Part shown: positions 53,638-64,000 of the stretch, one piece after another | Numbering within the stretch: position 1 is the first letter of the stretch | Layout of the letters: each line of letters begins with the position of its first letter | Assembly (NCBI GenBank): GCA_040954595.2 | Contig: CM082578.2 | Location: forward strand, 10,215,519 to 10,279,518 | Direction of reading: 5' to 3' | DNA: 64,000 bases | Source of the DNA: Balanoglossus misakiensis | Lineage: Eukaryota; Animalia; Hemichordata | Notes under the pieces: generated by a model | The model's database searches: none | Seen by the model: only the letters and a program-made list of their open reading frames with translations | What the model was told of the DNA's origin: nothing | Program-made: the position numbers and the translations under genes

Positions 53638-56600
53638 TCACCGTGTTCGATCATTATCGGTTGGCTTTATGGTCGTGGAGACAAACTGTGAGAGCCATTC
53701 CCTGATCTGCGCGGCATTTTTGTCCATCCACTCGATGTTGCCATTTATCTTCTGCAGCGAGTCGTAAAAATCGTTGGCTGCCGCTGTCGGCATATCGGCG
53801 TATCTGCGACCGAAGGCTTCCATCTGAACGACGGGAGAGGAAAAGAAACGCCGCAATATTCGATAGAGTAACAGACTTATATTATTTGTATGTCTATATA
53901 AAACCAAGCAATGGTATAATTGAGAACTGTAACCGTTAGTGTATATACAGCGTTTAGAGAGTCAAATTAATTACCTCCATTCTGTCGTCCAACGTGTTCA
54001 TCTTCTCGGCAAAAGTCCATACTGTGCTGTAAGCAGAGTCACCAAACCTGGCGGGAATAAAATATCGTTCACATCCTGTTACACACATCCGACTGTCAGT
54101 CCATTCCGTCGCCGACGTTAGATTTACTCTCTGAGTCATTATACTTTGTTAAACAAAACATTTTCAAAAAGAAGAACAGAGTACAATGTAACGCCATACA
54201 TCGTTTACCTTGCAAGTAACGAGTCAAATTTGTCGTTCACAAAATTCCATGCCAAATCAAAACCAAGCCCGGACACGTCTCGAACATAACCAATCACCGT
54301 CCGAGCTTCGTCTGTCTCTAAGTAGTGTTCCATGTACCTGTTGGAAAGAAGTTGGACAAAAATAGAACGGTCTCGCAAACTTGTGCTAAATAGGTCCCTC
54401 GGCCTAATAGATTTAACCAGTTATCTTCTTACACCCATCGCTGGCTGACTGGAAAATGCTATATCTGTGAAACAGTTTGATAGGTTGTATCATACAAAAC
54501 GCATGACTGAATTCAAAAGTGGGAGAGTGTATTAAATAAGACTAACCCTTGCAAAGTGTATGAGGTTCTACTGCATGCCATTGCTCGCTGGAGGGCGCTC
54601 TTTTCATCGCCGATCACCAACAGGTGCTGATCAAATGCAAATTGCCATTCATTGTCTCCGCCGTAACGAATTGCTGTGCAATACACAACATCCATTGTGT
54701 CCTCTCGGATTCTGGACGAAAGCAAGACAATATTCACACATTTCATTTCATTTCGGTTCAATTCTCAAACTTAGAAAATCAATTTCCTTCTCGGGGAGGG
54801 TGTAGTGTGATGATGAGGTCATTTTAGTGTGATCTTTACTGGCTAGTGACATTTCTTTTGTTTAGGGTGACCAGGTGTTGATGAATATTCATTTGATTGA
54901 CATGTATAAATACATGCTACCATGTGGTCAGGTTGCTATTTTTTCGCTGGACACTGTGCCGATAACTTCAGTGCTGGGGACTCCGTGCTGCTGTTTGGGA
55001 CTACATTGTATTTGCAGGCTGTTTTGTTTGACTTCAAGGACTTCAGAAGTTGTGAGTGCATGCACACCACTCGGGCCTAAACCAGACTTTGCTGCTGTTT
55101 TGTTTGACTTCGAGTTGTAAGTACACACCACTCGGACCGAAACCAGACTTTCCTGTACGTCGGAAGTCTTTGACTTTACTGCATATTTGCTGCTCGTGTG
55201 CTTCACGACTGGAGTCCTAGCTGACGGTATACGGAGTGCTGTGTGTATTGCTCAGTTTGGTTCGCATTCATTGTTTTATGACCTGTGAATCCCTTTTTAC
55301 CTGCAACTTAATTGTGTTAGTATAGCGAATAGCCATTAAATACTTTTTATAAAAGGAAAACCACTGACTTCGCCCTTTCTGTCATAACAGTAGCTATATC
55401 TGGATTCTCTTGCTCAAATAAGCAACTAAGTGTTGGCAACAAGACATGTTTTCTAGTGACTTACTGGGAATTGTTCGGATGTAACATCCAGTCGGAGTAC
55501 TGTTCGGTTGCCGTGGATATGCAATCGGTGTTGCTATAGCTACACGCCAGCTCGACGGCCACAACTCTGTTATGGCTGAAAAAAAGTTTTCAGAAATACG
55601 TGTATAGATTATAGGGACAGCCAGGGTCATTCTTAGGCGAACATCAAAAATACACGTGCTTTCAACTTACTAATCGATGTGGTCATCCTCTAACGCTTTC
55701 TGGAAATCCCACCCTAGTTCGTTGTAGATTGGTTCGTTTAAGTGACGAAGGTACGTCTGAAACGATAAATAGTTACCCCATGTAAGAAGCTGGCAGGAAA
55801 CTAGATAAAAAATTAAATTTATCGCAAAATGAAGACATTAGTATATTTTAGCTGGTCTACTTACCCTTATTTCCTGAAAATATCATAAGCTTACTAAAAG
55901 AACAGTTGTTTTGTCATTTTGGCCATAGCAACCAGAAACAGTAAAGGTCAGGTACATCAGTGTGATCGGGCCTTACCTCGAAATACCCGTATGTGGACGT
56001 TCTCCAAAGCATAGTGTGCGTGTATTCCAAATTATCCCTTGTAGTCAACCAGGGATTGTAATCTCTCTCAGCCGTCAGGTATTCGATGATCTTTAGCGAG
56101 ATCGTCTGATTCAACATCTGAGATTTGCCGATATTGAAGGCGTCGCTGATCAGGGCTCCGCGATTACGAATCGGCAAGACCTAACATGAAGGGGCAAAAT
56201 CCATCGTTTGCAGTCGCAAAAAAAATCGACAGAAAACATAGTAAACGGCGAAAAATAATATATGTATCTCAGTGTTTCGTTAGTTTGCTAGGTTTGTGCG
56301 TTTTTCTCTATTGAACAAGTGTGACATTGTCGCTTGCGTTTATACGTATAACCATTCCATGTCCCTCTAATGGTGTGTAAAATGGATCAGAACCTACCGT
56401 GTGATCGTTCTTCAATTGCTTCGCCAAGTTGTCCCAATTTCCTTCCTCGTAATTGACTCGGTAATACATGTTTTGATTAACATTAACGATGAACCAGTGT
56501 TCTTGATTACTGGTGGTGATACTGAAATCAGCTGCAATGAACGTCATTCATATCGTTGTTGTGTTGTGTTGTTACTCTGTATTCCAACATGGAGCTCCAT

Positions 56601-59600
56601 CAAGGAGCGTCAGCTTTGTTTCAACAGATTGAAATTGGACGTGTATGGAAACAGAGACGCAAAGACAGTCAAAACAGAGAGGGGCCTTCCAGATATGAAA
56701 ACAAAAATCTTGATATTTTTCAAATATTACCTGGTCCAAGAGGCATCCACACAAAATTGCAATGGCTGTTCTGCTCACATTCGTTCGTAAACGCTTGTTC
56801 AGTTTCGTCTGTCCATGTCAGAGGCACATGCCATACATACCTAGAAAACCAAAGCAGATGTTAAGCTAAGACAGTCGGTATTGGAAACCATGACAATTTC
56901 TCATCACATGCAACACGCGCCCATTTTTTTCTTTCTGGGCACATATAAGAATAGTCTTGTGCTTTTGACCAGGCACTCATTCATTTCACGAGTGCCCTCA
57001 CTTGACTTCACCTTTCATGGTAGAATTGTTTGCACACTACTGTGTAATGATATATGCGCAGAATAATCCAACAGACTAACCCGAGATTTCCGTACTTGTC
57101 ACTAGGTTCGTCATACGGATACTGTAAGAAATGCTGCTGTTCGGCGTGGATATCTGCGCCCTCTCTGGTGACAGTCACCACCGGATAGCCGGCCTGCAAC
57201 GTCCAAGTATCCATCACCGTTTTGACATTGGTTCCTTTGTGTGACGCGTCTGCCTGGATATGACGAACGGTAAGGAATGTTAACATACACATACGTATGT
57301 ATACATGGCATGTATAAGGCATATAACGTGCAGACATTTTCAAGGTCATGTGTATGAGACGCCAGGTGGACGAACTGAAACACACAAATACGGTTCCACC
57401 AACCTCTGTCAGAGCTGCAAACAGATCATCCGAGAAAGCTGGACTGAAGGCATGCCTTTCCAGGTATATCTTCAAACCAACATTGTACGTCAGATTTCCC
57501 AAAAAGTTCATCATCATCATGTTCAGACAGGATCCCTGTGAGTAACCAGTCATAGAATCTGTTTTTGGTTTCTGAATAACTGATTCGTGTATAAACTAGA
57601 AAATTGACGATGCAATATACTTCCAGTATTTATATACTAGTTGTGACGTCATCATGCAGTTTGCACAACTTTTCAAATGGGGTTCATTCAATACCTTTTC
57701 GTACGACATTCTATCGAAGGTGCCCATAATCTCGTCGGGCCAGCCGACATCCATGACGACCGGACGCGATGATGTGGATATTGAGTCGGAATCCAGTGCT
57801 TTGAAAGTGGCATCTCTTGGATAGAACTGGTCGTACTGGACGGCAATTGCAAGAAAGATGTCAAACGGTGAGTGAAAAAGATAGCCTAAAGATGTATTTA
57901 ATTCTTTAGCCTCGTTTGTGTTTATAACCCTTTTCTCACGTGCCGTCAACGCCGCCCCAGCGGCGGCTCTAGGGCGGCGTTAATTTGTAAGTGCCATGTG
58001 TGAAAAGGTGAGAGCGGCCCTGCGCTGCTCTTTTTTTGTGACGGTGTTGAGGGGTGGGACCTGGGTCGGGGCGCCGCACTAAACAGCGATTCAAATCACG
58101 TGTGAACAGAAACACCGCACTAAACGCCGATCTAAACGCACTCTGCCGACGCGGTTTGAGGGGATACAAGTGGCAGTTTCTAATGAGCTTGCATGTAAAA
58201 TTACCCCTCTGAAAAGAGCGATGTTTAGCACCTTGCTTAGTCAACGGTCAATTTGCCTTGTTGCTGATGGTCATCAGTAAAATGAGGAGCCCCAAAACCT
58301 ACAGGCAAAGCCTTGAGGTAGTCGGAACTTACTGCAGCTGGGGCTCTGCTGAAAAAATTGAGACGCCCAGTGGAAGTGGTAGTGAAACTTGTAGCAAAGT
58401 TCATGGTGATAATTGCTAGGCAACTAGGTCTTGCCATTGTCTGGCTAAAAATACATCCCTGTGCGTGAATAAATTAAAAACGTCTTTGTCCCAAGGGACC
58501 AACTCAAAGCCACATCCCCGTATGCTTTTACTACTAGCATGGAGTCATGCTACTAGTATATTACGCACTGGTTTCAAAGCTGTAAGACTCACAGGCGGTA
58601 CCGTAGAAGCGCTTATACTTATAGGATGACTGTACAAAAACTGGAAAAGTGTGGATTTTCTCGGATCTTCCATTTATTTGATGTGGAACAACAAATGGGA
58701 CAAGTGGCGAAATGTGTCCTTGATTTTCAATCGCACCATGAAGCCTATTTGAACCTAATTTGCATAAATGTCCGAGTGCGGTGATCCCGTCCCTTTTATA
58801 CACATGTGAATGCAAAACTATTTGAGTCGCTGATAAGAAATGTTTGCCAACTTTTATAATCCAAAAAAGGGCGCCCTAATCATTGCACGTGTGCAAGCGA
58901 CTTAAGTATCCACACAGTAAATATTGCAATAACCATAAGTAAACAAACAAACAAACAAACAAACAGATAAATTTTCTCTTTAGATTGTGACCCGTTCCTA
59001 TTTCGCCTTAGGGATTAATACTACCGGTAGTATATGGCGGATGCTACGTGGGGCAGGATTGCATACTATTTTCGAAACAGGTCAGTAGAGTTCTATCTTA
59101 CCATATTCCATTCGGGGTGAATGTCATGAACTCCGGCATCTTCCATGAACCTGGCAAAGCCCTCGTTCAACCAGAGATCAGACCACCAGCCACACGTGAC
59201 CAGATTGCCAAACCACTGACAGAGAGGGGGAGAGTCAAGTATGTGAAAACACGCATTCAGCTTAGTTTCCTTGGACAAATGTGAAACTTCGTCACCTAAG
59301 CGTTTACGCATAAGAGTCCATTATAACAGACAGGTACTCACTTGGTGTACGAGTTCATGCCCTATGATCCTGGTAATTCTTTGATGTTTCGACGCCAGAT
59401 CGACTTCCTTGTCAAACAGCATGCGCTCTTCCCGGTACAAAATCAACCCCCAGTTCTCCATGGCACCCGCACCGAATTGTGGGATTGCAACCATGTCTGT
59501 TGGATATTACCACAAGTAAGATTCAACGCGAGGTGGACATAATTGGTTTGCCCTTTCCGGGCATCTGCAATGCTATACTTAGTAATGCTTTCAACCACAC

Positions 59601-61661
59601 GGAAATTGTTGAAATTCTTTGTTATTATTAACTCACCCATTTTAACCAGGGCACCATTGAGATCATACGGTATACCAGTCATATCGCCATAGAAATCTGT
59701 CATGGTGGTCCCCACCATCAGGGAGTAGTCCAGTGTATAAGCAAGATCCGGGCGCGCCCACACGCGAAACTTAGTACATGCAATTAGTAAAATAGAAATG
59801 AACAACGATTATCTAATTAAATTAATATCGAGGACAAAATCAACGACACAGACGACGAACACAAACAGGCACACACAAAGGAAAGTGGGAAGTTGGGCCA
59901 AGAGCTAGGTGTAAACATTGTCGCCTGGACTAGCCATCTCTACATTTTGCGACTTTTAAATTGTTAGTTTAATATTATTTTAATTCGGAGACATACCAAA
60001 ACGCCGTCTCTGGTGTAATTTTCTTTGTGATGGAACTCGGACACTACAACAGCGTTCAGATAAGTGGGCATCTTCACAGACCGCGCGTAGTATGACGTCA
60101 CCCAATCGCCTTCCGTCTCGTTGCGGATGATGTGCATGTTGGACAAAGCCTGTCGTCTGCTCCTGTACTTTATGATCATTTCGAAAGTTGCCTTCAAGTT
60201 GGGTTCATCGAAGCAGGGGAACATGCGCCGTGCGTCAGTGGCCTCTAATTGGGTCGCTGCCAGGTATCTGTTAATGACACAAAGTGATTGCACACAAAAA
60301 ATGATTGATTTTAATTGATCGATTTTTCAGAAGATTGGGTCGGTTAAAAGTAATGGAAACAATTTGCGTCTGGAAATGTTATGAGAACCAACACCTCAGT
60401 GTGTTTGAAATATCCTAATATTTCGTCTATGAACACGATGAAGGAAATGGTAAAAGACGTTGAAAAGGTAAATGCGAGCACTCATTTCATCACAGTTATT
60501 AAGATGAGTGCGTCGCTAAAGTAAGCACTGTGAAAAGGCAACCGAGAAATTCGCTTTGCTTGTGCAAAAATATTCAAAAGCGCCCTCAAAAGACACAGTC
60601 GACAACTGACCCCCGATCTATCATTAACTTGTATCATTCACCTATCGTTCGTTCCGTCGAGAAGATGGAAAATTAACTACATCTTGATAGTGTGCATTGA
60701 TGCTATAGTAGCGATGTCAAAGCACCGATTATATATGGCCATCTTATCATCCGTCGAATACTGCCGACGATAAGAAATGCACACTTGCCCTCTAAAAGCA
60801 GGACAACCTTAGGTTGTTCGCCCAAAGCCACTCGCGTTAACTTGGATGATCAGTCAGTCAGTCAGTCAGTCAGACAGTCAGACAGACAGACCAAATCTGC
60901 AAGTAAACGTCCGGGGTCGCTAAGTTTGACCCGGATGGACCGATAAAGGCACAGACTTGTTTTGAGATAATTCGTTAAAAAAAGATACCAGATTACATTT
61001 ACCTTTGAACACCATCCTGCATGTACGTACTCAAATAAAGTCCCACAAAATCCACTTGCTTGAGCGTACCCACATAGTTCAGTGTTACAACATAGCTCTC
61101 GCCTGTGGTCAGGTCTTCCCCGGTTTCTATGATGTAGAAGTGGTATTTGTCTTCTTTTCTTATGTTGGAAACGCTGACATCATCGCCGTTGCTGCTTCTG
61201 GTGATCTGGACGCTCGCATCGTCAACGGTGATCGTGTATATGTGCAGTTTGATTTCCCTGGTCGCCTTCTCACACCTCAACTCGAACTCCAGCTCTCCGT
61301 CGAACGAAAATCGCTGGTCGCCGTCTTCTTCGTCGAAATACGGGGTCAATTTGATGACGTAGTTGATCGGCGTCAAGGTGTCGGGGATGCGACCGTCGAA
61401 CTCCTCGTAATCGTCCTCCTCTTCGCCAGGCTTCGGGAGACCTTCGTACGGATCCGGCGTCGTCTCGACGGACGTCTGACCACACTGCGGACCCGCGAAA
61501 TATGTGATCACCGCGGCACCACCGATCACCAAAATTACAACGACGCATATTATTATGCCTGTCGTCTTTGAAACATAACAACCGCAGCCTTGGTACTTTT
61601 CGCTAGCGATGTCATCGTCGACCATATATCTGGTAGAACCATCTTCGGAGGCAGAATACAT
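53638..61661 (-). CDS. M1-family aminopeptidase N-like, type II membrane protein (paralogue C), 991 aa
   Basis: 17 exons: 61661-61003, 60267-59997, 59769-59637, 59496-59342, 59215-59102, 57835-57695, 57535-57404, 57253-57081, 56840-56731, 56531-56398, 56180-55977, 55756-55671, 55575-55465, 54711-54547, 54337-54209, 54047-53975, 53823-53638 (2976 nt). [32 protein letters not shown]; same intron positions and phases as B. Confidence 0.95.
57925..58904. mobile_element. Putative ~1-kb insertion (non-autonomous transposon-like) in intron 5 of aminopeptidase C
   Basis: Intron is 1266 nt versus 279 nt in paralogue B; imperfect inverted ends TAACCCTTTTCTCACGTGC and GCACGTGTGCAAGCGACTTA; internal GC-rich hairpin AACGCCGCCC...GGGCGGCGTT at 57948-57981. 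Confidence 0.4.
58941..58964. repeat. (AAAC)6 microsatellite
   Basis: Read directly from the sequence. Confidence 0.9.
60850..60891. repeat. Compound (CAGT)n(CAGA)n microsatellite
   Basis: Read directly from the sequence. Confidence 0.85.
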
Positions 61662-64000
61662 ATTTATCAACCGCCTAAACAATAGCCCCACAAGAGTCTA
61701 TAGTGCTCTATACACTTATAACCGTTAATTAAAAGTTTAATATTGGAAACCTTCTATACTTGTAGCCTACCCGTCATGCAACTCAAAAGTTATTTTAGTG
61801 GCAATTGCTATTCCATCGTCTGCCGTTACTCCCCGCTGAACAGAGGCTTTTCTATATTTTGACTCGGATGTGTATGTTCATATAGAAGGTACCATATATC
61901 GGTAGTGCAATGCAATGATCGAAGGCAACATGGCCTTGAGTATAGGCTTTAACTGTGTCAGAAGTTACTTTTTTCCTATACTTGTGTAGGATTGTTTCTG
62001 ACTGGAACTTCAAACGAATCACTGCGTTACCTTGTAGAGGGCGTTGTACTCACACCAAATCCTTATCCTCAGTCGACATGTACAAGCGACACTATTTGAC
62101 TTTGTGGGAATTTTAATACGATACTCATATATCCGAAAATTATCTGATTGGTGACCTATAGCTGCGATTGATAACATATATTGCAGATCTACAGGGCATA
62201 TTTGCGCCACCCGCATTTCCCGCTCGATACAGCACCTGTTGACGGCTGGATTTTATTTGTGTTGCGCATGTGTTGATGTGTCCCCCGGACTCGTACAGGC
62301 ACGTGCTTTGTCAGAACACAACAGGTCTGACATTGGTACTATAGGTGAAGCTGAGTACACGGGAACGATGACGGATTGCAAGATTTTTTTCTTTGGCCGT
62401 TGGTAGTTACACGTCGTCGTGTCTGTTGCGGGAACTGGTCGTGTTCATAGGGGGAAACGTCAAATGTGGAACAGTTATAGAAGCGGGAAAATATTTTACT
62501 CGGACGACACAATTTTCAGAAGTAAATGCAAACGTGTCGTTTAGAAATTCCGAAGAAAGAAGCCCCAACCATGTTTTAACTGTGAAGAGCGACCCAAATG
62601 CGACGGCTATGATAAATTGTCTCCAGGGTCTTCATTTTTGCAGACCTGGGTATAATGTATGAGTTCCCTATTTAAATTTGTTGATATCGGTGTCACTGCA
62701 GTCAGCTCACCGTCGTCTACTTGGCCACCCCGCCGGAGAGGATCGATATCTTCCCCCGATAAAGTATGCAAGGTACGGCCTTTTATTCATTTTACCGCTT
62801 TTAATAGGCGTCCTTGGTCGCCCCTTGGGAGGCCTTGTAAATCAGTTAACGTGACAACAAATACTACCATATCGACAGAGATACCTTTTGCCGCCGCTTG
62901 AAAGCTAAACCCTCGCCGCACTTACACAGCGCTGATCCCTATCACGTAAACGGCTTAGCGCTGTAGACATACGCACCGAGCAGCGTATCAAAGGCTTAAG
63001 AAAGAAAAAATCATAAAGAGGAAGGGAAATGTGAAATTTATCAGCGAGGTCAACTCGTAAGTCTGTAAAATGCGATTTTATCGTGACAATGATTACTGAT
63101 TAAACCGTCTTCTTCAGCTGCGCCGTCATTCCCACTCTGATATTTGTATACGCACATGCAACCACACCCATATTTCGACATGTACACATCAACACAATTT
63201 ATTTACCATTTCATGACACATTAAAACTTGTGACTTCAAATTTAAAATTGAAAACAATGATAGTAGAAATCGTGATATAAACGTAATTAACATAATAAAT
63301 CATTACAGAACTGTACAATAGCGGGCCCAGTCAAACCTACGTACACGAAAATACAGGTTACTTAACCATAGATAGAGCGTGCACTACGATTAATCATGAT
63401 GTTCACACACTGGTGCCTGAAGCTGTTACGTACAGAGCTACTACATCATATAAAATACTGAACCGACAAGTACAATCAAGAAAGACGAGTCTAGAATTAT
63501 ACAAACATCTTCAAATCAAAACTGGCACAGTTTTGCTGCCTGAAATACAACATCCAAATTGAATGCGTGTCAAATGCGAACGTTATGCAAATTTCGGGAC
63601 AACGCATAGCAGAATGGTAAGCCCGACAGGAAACTGCCGACAAGACAGATATAACATCAAATTCAGTTAAATAAGAAATCATTTCTGAATTGTTCTACAA
63701 CTATTTTCAACATTTAAACATTGGCACACACAAATTCCAATTTAAAATGGTCCCACAAGCATGGAAATAGAAATTTCGGACTGAAAATAATTTAAGGACT
63801 TCTTAAACATCTCACTATAATTGACAACTATCAAAAAGAATGTGAAAATCAGTTAGAAAACTCTATGCCTCGTCACGCATGTCGACAAAAATGTAATTTT
63901 CATTCTTGAAGAAAAGCAACGATTATAAATGTACTGCATTCCTTCAATTCTCGTCTCGATGAAGCAATATCAATGTAAATAGGAAATGTTTAAAATGGAC

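Noticed and set aside
58314-58335. TGAGGTAGT let-7 seed-like match
   Set aside because: Match stops after 9 nt and there is no pre-miRNA-length hairpin.

Overview
Eukaryotic, AT-rich, GT-AG intron-containing genomic DNA, most likely a marine invertebrate deuterostome (hemichordate-like; this is inference from gene order and frequent TACATGTA motifs). Most entries in the ORF track are spurious; the real genes only appear after splicing, and I checked the reading frame across every exon junction by hand. Contents in order: (1) 5' part of a CPED1-like gene (minus strand, runs off the left edge); (2) PPM1H/J/M-family PP2C phosphatase (+, 8 exons, 522 aa); (3) WDR82 (-, 8 exons, 314 aa); (4) GLYCTK glycerate kinase (+, 5 exons, 548 aa), head-to-head with WDR82, reproducing the human 3p21 PPM1M-WDR82-GLYCTK order; (5) an unrecognised 3-exon gene for a ~98-aa single-pass membrane microprotein (-); (6) three complete M1-family type II membrane aminopeptidase N-like genes (A +, 952 aa; B -, 978 aa; C -, 991 aa); (7) a tRNA-Val (CAC/AAC) array of intact, mutated and truncated copies between the convergent A and B genes; (8) several MITE-like elements, one inserted inside a splice donor. 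No prokaryotic features and no CRISPR array. The best novelty candidates are the microprotein gene, the evolving tRNA-Val array, the diverging aminopeptidase trio and the WDR82 gene lacking the intron that hosts let-7g in vertebrates.
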